A stretch of DNA of 57,803 nucleotides, from IMG/VR virus record IMGVR_UViG_3300045988_090863; one strand, given 5' to 3'. The DNA is from a virus. The position numbers and the translations under genes were made by a program. The notes below the pieces were generated by a model. It saw nothing but the letters and a program-made list of their open reading frames with translations, had not been told where the DNA came from and did not search any database. Shown here piece by piece: positions 1 to 9,200 of this stretch (position 1 is its first letter; each line of letters begins with the position of its first letter).

Positions 1-55
1 GTTTAGGAAACTTATAACCTATCTTTGATTATCAGCCTTTTACAAGGGCTTTTCC
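1..55. repeat. Terminal direct repeat, copy 1 (identical to 57749-57803)
   Basis: Read directly: gtttaggaaacttataacctatctttgattatcagccttttacaagggcttttcc occurs flush with both window ends. Confidence 0.95.
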
Positions 56-60
56 ATTTT

Positions 61-80
61 TTGTAGAACTATTGTAGAAC
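61..80 (+). repeat. Tandem direct 9-mers TTGTAGAAC (61-69 and 72-80), candidate integrase arm-type sites
   Basis: Two exact copies 11 bp apart. A matching pair CTGTAGAAT/TTGTAGAAC with the same 11-bp spacing lies at 57498-57517 on the other side of the tRNA. Confidence 0.4.
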
Positions 81-205
81 TTCTGCATTTTTTTTGAAAT
101 CCCTGCCCCTTGGAAAGCCCAGGGAACAGGGATAATGCAACACCGATTTTCAGATCGGTGCACAAAGATAATCATAATTTTGTAACTATAAAAAAATGCC
201 AAAGA

Positions 206-814
206 TTATCTACATTTTTTCTTATCCTTAAGTTCAATGTATTCCGTATATACTATTTTGGTGTGAGGATTGCTACTGATTATCTCCTGTCTGATTGCTT
301 TTGTACCCCAACGGAAAAACCACCATTTTTTAGGAACACGGTGTACGATCTGAACCAAAGTATCAACGCTGTTTATTTTAAGTTCCAGTTTCCTGTCTGG
401 ATAAAGAACTCCTTTTACTTTAACCCATGGATCCATCCAGTCTATAGCCTGGATCTTAACAAATGAAGTATCTCTGTATATTATGCTGTCACGAACAGAT
501 GTGCTAATATCAATATCCGTTTCTGTTGCAGTAGTTGAAGCAGCCTCCAGCCTTTTTACTTTTATATTCAACTGATCAATAGTCTGCATAAGATCCGAAC
601 AATGTTCCTCCAGATCTGATTTACTCAGTTCAAGTTTCTGAACAGATGCTGCTGATTTACCAGCTTCTGTTTGGTAAAACTCAATCTTTTCCATCAGTGC
701 TTGCTGGTTTCCAGATAGCCTTTCTTTTTCGTCTTTCAGCTTTCCTACATAGGAAAATAGTGCAGTGGAAACAATTCCAAGAACCACACATATTATAATA
801 AGGTATTTGTTCAT
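206..814 (-). CDS. Membrane-anchored coiled-coil protein, possible spanin-like lysis accessory
   Basis: N-terminal TM segment (YLIIICVVLGIVSTALFSYV) followed by a coiled-coil-like region. 4-nt overlap with the amidase gene. Last gene of the late operon. Confidence 0.4.
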   Translation of the reverse strand: MNKYLIIICVVLGIVSTALFSYVGKLKDEKERLSGNQQALMEKIEFYQTEAGKSAASVQKLELSKSDLEEHCSDLMQTIDQLNIKVKRLEAASTTATETDIDISTSVRDSIIYRDTSFVKIQAIDWMDPWVKVKGVLYPDRKLELKINSVDTLVQIVHRVPKKWWFFRWGTKAIRQEIISSNPHTKIVYTEYIELKDKKKCR

Positions 815-1407
815 CTTGAAAAGAATCTAATAATACCCTCAACATGCGTTCTTACAATGGCATTCCTGCCATCAGCAGACTGTAGATATTCTACATCATC
901 TTTATTATCCATGAAAAAGTTCTCAGTAAGAACTGCTGGGCATTTTGTCTTTTGGAGAATATAGAAGTTTTCCTCCCAATCTGGATCACCATCTGAGTAT
1001 TCGTCCTTTCTTAATTTCTGCCCTTTCATGTTATTTTCAGCAGCATCATACAGGCATGTAGCGAGATAATCAGCTTTTGTTTCTCCCTTAGATGTGTAAG
1101 CCGACCATCCTGTAGCTGTCATCCATTTACTTCCATCCCCAGCAGCATTGCAGTGAATAGAAACAAGGATAACATTACTTGTGCCATATTTACCGCAAAT
1201 TTCATTTACCCTGCGTGCCCTTTCGGTCAAAGAGACATCTATATTCTCTTTTACGATCCTTTCAGCTTCATATCCCAGCTTTTTGAGTTCACGCACAATA
1301 TCATCTGCGATTTCACGTGCAAATTTGTATTCAAGAAATTTTCCATCTGGAGATCTTTTACCTTTGGTATTTTCTCCGTGTCCGTTGTCAATAAGAATTT
1401 TTTTCAT
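811..1407 (-). CDS. N-acetylmuramoyl-L-alanine amidase (endolysin, Amidase_3-like)
   Basis: Motifs DNGHGENTKGKRSPDG, SIHCNAAG and ENFFMDN are typical of MurNAc-LAA zinc amidases. Sits at the late-operon end. Confidence 0.8.
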   Translation of the reverse strand: MKKILIDNGHGENTKGKRSPDGKFLEYKFAREIADDIVRELKKLGYEAERIVKENIDVSLTERARRVNEICGKYGTSNVILVSIHCNAAGDGSKWMTATGWSAYTSKGETKADYLATCLYDAAENNMKGQKLRKDEYSDGDPDWEENFYILQKTKCPAVLTENFFMDNKDDVEYLQSADGRNAIVRTHVEGIIRFFSR

Positions 1408-2009
1408 TGATTTAATCTGTGATAAAAGTCTAACTTAATGTTTTCATAAACAGCAGAAACATTTGTATATGCTCTACCATTGTTTGCTCCAGCTTCATTG
1501 TATAGCTCATCCTCTATAACCTTAGCAACCCATTCTATCCATTCTGGATTACAGTATTCTGACAACTTTTTACCTCTATACCTGTAAAAATCAAATCTAC
1601 TGTTCCTGTCATTATATAGATTGGTTAGCAATTTTCGGATCTTTGCTTTTGTGGCTTCTTTATCAATGATATGATTTTCCTCTCTGATTTTTTTTATCAT
1701 TCGGCAAACTTTCTCTGTTGCAAGATCGAAATAAACGCCACTGGTATTTTTGATCCTTAACTGTGTTTCAGGCATAAGCCCCTCTGCAATATCAACCATT
1801 ACCTCACCGTTTCTATTTGCAGTCTGCTGCAATGTTTCAAGCTGAGCTGAGAAGTCTTTTATTATTTGCTCAATTATTCCTTTGAACCACTTAAAGGAAA
1901 CTATCATCAATGATGCTGAAAGAATAAGGAATATTGAACAGACTATAGTCATAAATCCAAATTCCGAAATTCCTTGTGCAATTTTCAAAGTGCTTTCTAC
2001 TTCATTCAT
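1404..2009 (-). CDS. Membrane protein of unknown function (possible lysis-associated)
   Basis: One N-proximal TM segment (FGFMTIVCSIFLILSASLMIVSF). 4-nt overlaps with both neighbours. Confidence 0.35.
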   Translation of the reverse strand: MNEVESTLKIAQGISEFGFMTIVCSIFLILSASLMIVSFKWFKGIIEQIIKDFSAQLETLQQTANRNGEVMVDIAEGLMPETQLRIKNTSGVYFDLATEKVCRMIKKIREENHIIDKEATKAKIRKLLTNLYNDRNSRFDFYRYRGKKLSEYCNPEWIEWVAKVIEDELYNEAGANNGRAYTNVSAVYENIKLDFYHRLNQ

Positions 2010-2380
2010 CTATTCCTCCTGTGTTTACTCTTTTTGTAAAACTCAAAATTAGATCTATCATCTTGTGTTATTTCAGAGTTCGGAGAAAAGAATTTGAATC
2101 CATACATATTACCATATCTGACAACTTTAATTATTGCACGAAAAGGGAATTTCCTATTTGGATCCATAACCGTATCTTTCAATTTTTTACTATCAGTAAA
2201 GAATGCAGATCGGTTAACTCCATCGCCATAAGCAATTAGAGTTCTGGTGCCATTCTCTGTTTGAGCCTCCTTACACCCAGTAAATACTGTAACCTCATTG
2301 ATTACAGCATCTACTGAGGTATATTCACAATCAAAAAGATCATCGTTGACTACTTCGTTTTCCTCAAAATCTACAATCAT
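2006..2380 (-). CDS. Hypothetical protein
   Basis: 124-aa ORF translationally coupled (4-nt overlaps) in the chain between the RT and the lysis genes. Confidence 0.5.
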   Translation of the reverse strand: MIVDFEENEVVNDDLFDCEYTSVDAVINEVTVFTGCKEAQTENGTRTLIAYGDGVNRSAFFTDSKKLKDTVMDPNRKFPFRAIIKVVRYGNMYGFKFFSPNSEITQDDRSNFEFYKKSKHRRNR

Positions 2381-2805
2381 AAATCTGTAGGTATATTATA
2401 GGTTTCACAATCGGCATCTACCATAGATCTGATAGCCAGCCTATCCCTTAAGAAGTTCTCATAAGGAATTTTTGCTTCCTCTGACATGATACCAAGAACA
2501 GCACTCTGGTATTCATTCATAAGTTTGCTTTCTGTTTTGGCAGGATATTTTGCAGTAAGTAGTGTGCTGAAAATGTTGTCCGCTGTTTTAGGGTATTCAA
2601 CACGTACACTATCATACTGCCATCTTTTGCCTGTAGCTTCTTCCTCCAGCAACGTGATAGCAACACCACCATGTTCATCTTCAACAACAGATACCTCCTT
2701 GATATTGTGATTATATAGGAATGTACCTTGACCGTTGTTCAGTTCGTCAATTACTACTGGTTTTTCTTTTGCCAGTAGTTCTGTTGATAATACGTTTGTT
2801 TCCAT
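2377..2805 (-). CDS. Hypothetical acidic protein
   Basis: 142-aa ORF. Its start overlaps the last about 19 codons of the RT gene. No recognisable motif, and it does not look like an Avd four-helix protein. Confidence 0.5.
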   Translation of the reverse strand: METNVLSTELLAKEKPVVIDELNNGQGTFLYNHNIKEVSVVEDEHGGVAITLLEEEATGKRWQYDSVRVEYPKTADNIFSTLLTAKYPAKTESKLMNEYQSAVLGIMSEEAKIPYENFLRDRLAIRSMVDADCETYNIPTDL

Positions 2806-3877
2806 TTTTTATGCAATTATTAAAAATAAACTTACTATGCACCTCAGAACATCTGCTTATCCAGCCATATTCAGATGGAAATAAGTGCTTTATTTTACTC
2901 ATATCATCTATCTCATGTGTTCTTGAAATCTTATTGAACTTTGCGTAAAATCTTTTTAGAATGCTTTTCCTCAACAGTATTCCATAATGGTTTTGTACAA
3001 ATCCAACGAAATCAATACCACGAGAATCAACTGGAAATATCTGCCAGTTAGGTTTAATCTCAACTTTCAATTCAGCAGCCAGATACAAGCCAATCATATC
3101 AAGTATATTATGAAGTTCGTCCTTGCTACCCGACAACACCACTATATCATCCATATATCTATAGTAATATTTAACCTTTAGATCCTCCTTGACAAAGTGA
3201 TCAAAATAAGCCAGGTATAAATTAGCCAGGTATTGACTTGTATAGTTCCCTATAGGCAGACCGACATCTTTACCGTTACTATCAATGATCTTATCCAACA
3301 GTCTTAACAACTGATCATCTGCTATTGTATAGCGGATAATTTTCTTAAGGCACCCATGATCTACATTATCATAGAATTTCCTTATATCTATTTTCAGACA
3401 GTATTTAGTACCTCTTTTGTCAGATAATAGAGCCTTATTGACATCTTCCATACATTTGTGTATTCCTCTCCCTTTGATACAAGCATAAGTATTGCTTATG
3501 AGTATATTAGTCCAGAACTCACCAAGCACATTTATTATGCAGTGGTGAACGATCCTATCAGGGAAAAATGGAGCTATCATAATAATTCTTTCTTTTGGCT
3601 CATATATTGTTTTAATACGATACTCACCTGGTGAAAATGTTTCATCCTTAAGAGATGTATATAGTGACATAAGATTTTCCAACAGATTATCATTAAAGCG
3701 TTTTATCTCAGTTCTATCACGTTTTCCGAGTTGAGCTTTATATTGCGCATTAACAATATTTCTGCTATCATATATCAAATGATATACGTTCCTGAGCTTT
3801 TTAGAAGTTTTTCTCAGTAACGGAGTATCATCAATATCAGAATACTGAATAAACCTTGTATTACTACTATATCCCAT
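2747..3877 (-). CDS. DGR reverse transcriptase
   Basis: RT motifs including YRYMDDIVVL (YMDD box) and LPIGNYTSQYLANLYL (the I/LGxxxSQ motif characteristic of DGR RTs). Lies immediately downstream of a TR that matches two VRs. Confidence 0.93.
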   Translation of the reverse strand: MGYSSNTRFIQYSDIDDTPLLRKTSKKLRNVYHLIYDSRNIVNAQYKAQLGKRDRTEIKRFNDNLLENLMSLYTSLKDETFSPGEYRIKTIYEPKERIIMIAPFFPDRIVHHCIINVLGEFWTNILISNTYACIKGRGIHKCMEDVNKALLSDKRGTKYCLKIDIRKFYDNVDHGCLKKIIRYTIADDQLLRLLDKIIDSNGKDVGLPIGNYTSQYLANLYLAYFDHFVKEDLKVKYYYRYMDDIVVLSGSKDELHNILDMIGLYLAAELKVEIKPNWQIFPVDSRGIDFVGFVQNHYGILLRKSILKRFYAKFNKISRTHEIDDMSKIKHLFPSEYGWISRCSEVHSKFIFNNCIKNGNKRIINRTTGKRKTSSN

Positions 3878-4020
3878 TGTGCCGTTGGTCTAAATTGGAG
3901 TTTTCGACTATGCTACTCACACCGATCTAATTCGTATTATTTTACCAGTTATCAGCGTACCGATAACCCTTGTGTGGTAAGGTAGAAGCGATCACAGTAT
4001 ATTGTTTTAAGTAAAATACC

Positions 4021-4137
4021 ACGGTATAAGCGGAACCCAATGTTCGCATTCGCATTCGAGGAGCGATTATTCGTATTCAGATAACCGAACCCCGCATTCG
4101 TACCATTATTCGCATTAGCAGACAGGAGGGCACCCCT
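4021..4137 (-). repeat. DGR template repeat (TR)
   Basis: Aligns to 4214-4327 and to 48549-48663. Every mismatch is a plus-strand T here (coding-strand A). Translation is Asn-rich (ANANNGTNAGFGYLNTNNRSSNANANIGFRLY). Confidence 0.9.
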
Positions 4138-4207
4138 GATCACTTCCACCAATATTTTCAAATTTTCAAGTCTCTATATTTTTCGTTGCCCCGTGTTTTG
4201 CAGTCCG

Positions 4208-5572
4208 TTAAAAACGGCACAAGCGGAACCCAATGTACGCATTCGCATTCGAGGAGCGATCATTCGCAATCAGACAACCGAACCCCGCATACGTACCATG
4301 ATACGCAGTAGCAGACAGGAGGGCACCATACCAGCCTGGAGAACTCCAGCCTGAATCATCTACACAAGTATAGAAGTAATCACAGAACCCCTTGTTACTT
4401 GAACCTCCAGTAGTATTGTCTGGGAAAGTATATCCTTTCATAGACATGGCAGAAGTAAGGATATACCCGTCTTTACGTGGTAAATCAGTCATGGCTACAT
4501 ATCCATCAGGGATAGCTGTAGAAGAATCAGAATGTGAAGTGAACTTTGTCGGATCCTCACACAGGTAAGCTACACTCTTATCAGTTCCATGGTGAACGAG
4601 AACATCATCAGCAAGCATCCAGAGATATTCAAAAGGAGCCTCCAGTCCTCTGTAAGATGTTACCTGAATAACCTTATCACCTCCAGTCCAGCCTTTGATT
4701 GTGTATGAAACCTTTCCTGTATTGTTGCCAAGTACTGCAGTAACACCACAAGGTACAAAAGGTTTGTAACCTTCCCATGTATTCCATTGACCGCCATCCA
4801 CCGTGCAACCATTACCAAGTCCACCTTGATGGAAACCATCATCAGTAAGGCTTTCATTGTATGCGTCCTGGCAGTGTAAAGATGCGTATTCAATTCTTTG
4901 CAACCAGGCTATTTCATTGTACGCCCTGTATGCACCGATATGAGTACCATGTTTACACCATGGTCTGACTGTTGCCTTTGATACAGAAGTACGAGCCATT
5001 CCGAGCTGAGAATTATATGTGCCATCTTTTGAAGCATCAGATGCACCAGAACCGCCCCTGAATTGAGCAGCATTATCTTTCAATTTCACAATACCATTTT
5101 CATCACGTGCGATCTCATTTCCGTTCCACGTTAACCAGCATCCAGATACAGCCTCACCAGTTGTAGTGTCCTGTGTTGCGAACCATGGAGAAATAGCCTT
5201 TTTCTCCATCTTAATAAACCCAGGCAAAGGGTATTCTGAGATAGCATAGATCCATTTCGTTCCAGAAATTTCAATCTTAATATAATACTCTGGCTTTTCA
5301 AGCATTACATTACCATCAGTACTATCAATGATAGCTGTTGCTCCACTTTCCTTTTTACGGCTATCGTTCTGGTGAAGATAGTATTTCACGGATCCATCCG
5401 TGTTTTCTACATATCGTCTTAATTTCGCCTGAACAGGTAGTGTTCTGTGAAGATCCAAATTACCAACTCTTGTAAGTTTGTAATCACTACTTGTAAAGTC
5501 TCCTTGAACGCCATACCACTGATCATACGGATATTGCGGTTTGGTTGATCCACTTCCTAAAATTAGTCCCAT
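4208..5572 (-). CDS. DGR target protein 1, probable receptor-binding tail protein with C-terminal CLec/FGE-type variable domain
   Basis: 454 aa, C-terminus GALLSATAYHGTYAGFGCLIANDRSSNANAYIGFRLCRF carries VR1. Located directly after the tail-tip genes. Confidence 0.88.
   Translation of the reverse strand: MGLILGSGSTKPQYPYDQWYGVQGDFTSSDYKLTRVGNLDLHRTLPVQAKLRRYVENTDGSVKYYLHQNDSRKKESGATAIIDSTDGNVMLEKPEYYIKIEISGTKWIYAISEYPLPGFIKMEKKAISPWFATQDTTTGEAVSGCWLTWNGNEIARDENGIVKLKDNAAQFRGGSGASDASKDGTYNSQLGMARTSVSKATVRPWCKHGTHIGAYRAYNEIAWLQRIEYASLHCQDAYNESLTDDGFHQGGLGNGCTVDGGQWNTWEGYKPFVPCGVTAVLGNNTGKVSYTIKGWTGGDKVIQVTSYRGLEAPFEYLWMLADDVLVHHGTDKSVAYLCEDPTKFTSHSDSSTAIPDGYVAMTDLPRKDGYILTSAMSMKGYTFPDNTTGGSSNKGFCDYFYTCVDDSGWSSPGWYGALLSATAYHGTYAGFGCLIANDRSSNANAYIGFRLCRF
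4214..4327 (-). repeat. DGR variable repeat 1 (VR1)
   Basis: 114 positions aligned to TR 4021-4134 with 11 mismatches, all at TR adenines (coding strand). Forms the last about 38 codons of the target gene. Confidence 0.9.
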
Positions 5573-5577
5573 ATTTT

Positions 5578-5871
5578 TTATTTTTTGATAGTTTCACCTG
5601 CACCCCAGTAAATTTCAAACTTTTCAAGATCTATAGCACCTGGAGATAAACTAACTATAAATCCTGGTGTCCAGTCACCAATAGGAACTGGGAAATCCCC
5701 ATCCTCTTTGTCGCAAATCAGTTTACACCTGATAAGCACATTTGTTTCCATTGTGTTCTCTTTTGGTCTAACAAAAACAGAAAATGGAGTACCAGAGAGA
5801 CTAAACCCATTATCAAGGTTTTCAATCTTTCCTTTTGATTGTATTCTTAAACTATACATTGTTGCATCCAT
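5578..5871 (-). CDS. Hypothetical protein (first gene of the DGR/lysis transcription unit)
   Basis: 97-aa ORF 5 nt upstream of target 1. Preceded by a promoter-like block at 5895-5925. Confidence 0.5.
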   Translation of the reverse strand: MDATMYSLRIQSKGKIENLDNGFSLSGTPFSVFVRPKENTMETNVLIRCKLICDKEDGDFPVPIGDWTPGFIVSLSPGAIDLEKFEIYWGAGETIKK

Positions 5872-5894
5872 ATCAATTTACTTAGTAAACACTG

Positions 5895-5925
5895 CAAATA
5901 TAATAAATCTGTGTCTGACAAACAC
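5895..5925 (-). promoter_or_regulatory. Promoter-like block: -7 box TATATTTG (5902->5895) preceded by palindrome GTGTCTGACAAACAC (5911-5925)
   Basis: Same architecture (palindrome, 8 nt, TAnnTTTG) and about 40 nt of sequence similarity with 41477-41507. Confidence 0.5.
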
Positions 5926-5963
5926 ACTTTTACACACAAACTTTGTTTTTTCAAGCAAACATT

Positions 5964-6209
5964 CTACATAAATTCACCTCCTTTCAATATAATGTAAATT
6001 ACTAACAACTGTAATAGTTGCCCTATAATTCCTCCCATTATGGTAGCAATGAGATCCAGCCAATCCCATTTACCACCATATTGTTTGTCCTTAAATTCCA
6101 TTCCTACAGCTAACCCTGTTGCAAATAGAATTGTGAACAAGAAAGCACTTGGTATAGCATAAATAAAGTGCTTTGGTCTGTTACTTTCTAAAAACCATTT
6201 CATAATCAT
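5964..6209 (-). CDS. Small two-TM membrane protein (holin candidate)
   Basis: 81 aa with two hydrophobic segments (FIYAIPSAFLFTILFATGLAV and IATIMGGIIGQLLQLLVIYIIL). 4-nt overlap with the tail-tip gene. Function inferred only from size and topology. Confidence 0.35.
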   Translation of the reverse strand: MIMKWFLESNRPKHFIYAIPSAFLFTILFATGLAVGMEFKDKQYGGKWDWLDLIATIMGGIIGQLLQLLVIYIILKGGEFM

Positions 6210-9200
6210 TTCATATTATAGTCCCAATCTGGCGCAAAAATCACAAATTCACAAGATCCATCATTAGCGGAGGCATCATCTGATAGTAAAACATCGAAGT
6301 ATGAAGATGTTTTTGAATACAAGCAAGCCTTAACAGGATTGCTTCCACCCCATATAGCACCATAACCAGTAGCCATAACAGTATATCCGCTTGGGCATGA
6401 AGAACAGTAAACACGATATTTACCAGTTCCTAATCTTGAAACGCTAAATACGCTTGACAAGCTACGTCCATCGTAATAAGTTCCAGAAAGTGAGGCACCT
6501 GAGTTAGTTCCGTTAATCCTACCTATAGCAAGTATTCTTGCATACCGTCCTTTCGCACCACTTTTATAAAAATCTTCGTGTGAAAACCTACTTGTTATAT
6601 CCCATCTTCCTTTTTTTGAGGTTGATGTTGATCCAGGTTCTTCAAAGCAAGTCATTTCTACAACTTCCTGTGGTTTTACTACTGCATAATAATCAAGCTG
6701 ACTCCATGACATTCCATCTTCTGCTGTAAAACTATATGCTCCTATCATATAATCAGCACCACCGAAAGGGCTACTATTGTATAGCCTGCATACCTTACCA
6801 ATATCATCAGCATCTTGCCCCATGCTGATATATTTAGTAGAGGTTACAGATGGCAGATAGAATATGTTAACATCTGAAAAAGCTCCAGAAAAACCTGTGG
6901 ATAATTGCATTGTACCTTTGACACGAACAACGCCATTAACCCCATCCAGGTAAACGCTTCCATCCTGAGCTTCCAGCCTGTTATTCTTAAATACCCATCC
7001 TGCTATGTTGGCATTCTCAGCAAGCAATAGATCAGTGGCTATAGATTCAAACTGGGCACCGAAATTATTCCACTTACTTGTGTTTGTAGGAATTACACCA
7101 GTGAAAGTACCAGCGTCAATCCTGGCAACATAATACACCCCATTGTACTTTACAACATCTAACCTGTATTTGGTACCATAGTATGTTTTACTGCTGTCAT
7201 AAACGCCTCTGAATACCGTTGCTGGGCTTTCTCCCTTTTGTCCCTGATCTCCAGGTTCTCCCTTGTCTCCTTTTGATCCAGTTACACAGATAGGTGCAGT
7301 TGTTGTAGAAGTTCCATTTGTGTATGTAATTACCGATCTCGTCCAGATATACCATTTGTCTTTCCATGTAGGTCTTGTAGTACTCCATGATCCATTTAAT
7401 AGTGAAGTAGCAGAGCTTGATAGATAATATTGTTCTACTATAGTCTTTACACCATTACCAGGAGATCCAGTACTTCCCTTTCCTCCTGTTATACATGCTG
7501 CCTTAGTAGTTGTGCTTGTACCGTCCGTGTATGTTACCTTTGTTCTACTCCATATATAATATCCATCTTTCCAGGCTGGGGCTGTTGTTTGCCATCCGCT
7601 TGTCGGTGCTACACTATTAGATGTACTTTGCGCATATTCAACATCTGTAGTGCTAACTCCTACACCTGGCTTTCCATCTATACCATCATAAGGATTTACC
7701 CTTATAGGAGTGCTCCAATGTTGTATCAGTTCATCAGCAGTACCTTGCATTATTTTCTCAATATCTGATACTGGCAAAGCACTATCAAGCAATCTAACAT
7801 CATCAAACATTGAACTGGATCCAAACATATTATCATCATAAATGGCAAATCCATCTATCTTTTCATTAACTGATCCGTAATTATATTGAACTCCATTTAT
7901 AAATACAGTAACAGTTTTATCAGAAAATCTTAATGCTACATGAAACCATACTCCAGGAGTTGTATTGATTGTGTTTTCAACATATTCACGACCATTATAT
8001 CCGTTCAGCATCCATTTCACATACTTTTGATCTGTTTTCATCCAGAAGCACAAAGTAAAGTTCTTTCCAAAAGGCAGATCGTAAGGTATTCTACACTCCT
8101 TTTCATACGACAAGTCAAAAGCGTAACGATTTCCATCTTTTACAATACATTCTGGCTTATTATATGTTGCCATATACTCACCTGTCTGATCCATTATCCT
8201 TAATTCCCCCCTGTTCTGATAATCAGTCTCAGATATAGGGTAATTAAAAGATGTTCTATCTACAATTCCAGACTTTTTAGCCATAGTACACCAGACATAT
8301 TCAAATGCACCAGGTTTAGGCATTTCAGTACTCCATCCTGCTGGATTGGGTGATGATAGATCTATAGCTGGAGGTGTAGATGTAGATCCATTCTTTGCGT
8401 ACCTATATTCATAATAAACGCCAGATTCAGCATCAGTTCCTCCTGTTCCAGGATCTCCCTTGATTCTACTCCAGGTATAATCTGCTGGGTTATCACTGTC
8501 TTTTTTCTCAAAGTCTGTATATTGTCCGATATACGCACCTGGCGTTTCTCCATTGTTTGCAGTGAAAGACAAACCACCATTATCACTATATTTGATATGA
8601 AGATATGACGTTTTCCCATCTTCACCAGGTTTACCAGGTGTACCATCTTCTCCTTTTGTATCATTCCAGGTGTAATCTGCTGGGTTATCACTGTCTGATT
8701 GCGACTGGTTTACAAGAACTCCCATCCACCTACCAGGTACTTCTCCATTTCCATCAGTGAATGTTTTGCCACCATCATCAGAATATTTGATATGTAGATA
8801 ACTGCTTTTGCCATCTTCTCCTTTTATCTTACCTACATTCGTCCACCCTGATCCATCCCAAATATAAAGATTCTCACCAATGATATAGGCATCACCTGGC
8901 TTATTATCAACTACAGGTAACTGTGAAACATCATCTTTACTACCTTTGATAGTGATACTTGTACCATCAGCACCTCTTACCCTAAATGGAGATCCCCATG
9001 ATCCACTGTTAATATCAGCAGCAGACTTGATACTCATCCAAACAACGCTTTCCGTTGATTCTGTGTGCCATCCATTTGTATTTCCTGCTCCAGTAGGAGT
9101 GTTTGGTTTTTCCTGGCTGTCATTATATGTGTAGAATATAGAGTTACCCTTTTCTCCAGGAGATCCCTTAGCTATGAGCTGCCAATAAGTTGAGTTTGTA

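Noticed and set aside
1-55. The terminal 55-nt repeats as attL/attR of a prophage embedded in host DNA.
   Set aside because: The repeats are exactly flush with both window ends and no host gene is present. The tRNA lies 78 nt inside the repeat rather than overlapping it. Assembly circularisation is the simpler reading, though att duplication cannot be formally excluded without flanking sequence.
34-63. Hairpin AGCCTTT-TAC-AAGGGCT plus T-run as a plus-strand terminator.
   Set aside because: No plus-strand gene lies upstream of it in the circular map, and it overlaps the TGATTATCAG site. More likely part of the attP-like region. Left uncalled as a terminator.
2747-3877. The RT as a group II intron maturase or retron RT.
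   Set aside because: There are no intron RNA domains or maturase/endonuclease extension, and no msr/msd-like inverted repeats. The adjacent TR with two adenine-specific VR copies identifies it as a DGR RT.
3952-4161. 69-aa minus-strand ORF with a sequence resembling the C-termini of the two DGR targets.
   Set aside because: It is the template repeat read as protein (Asn-rich because of TR adenines). It lies in the short target-to-RT spacer, has no independent coding support, and DGR TRs act as RNA templates. Not called as a CDS.
4205-4217. Small hairpin CCGTT-AAA-AACGG right after VR1, as a possible DGR target-recognition cruciform.
   Set aside because: The stem is only 5 bp and overlaps the stop codon. 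I could find no comparable structure after VR2. Too weak to call.
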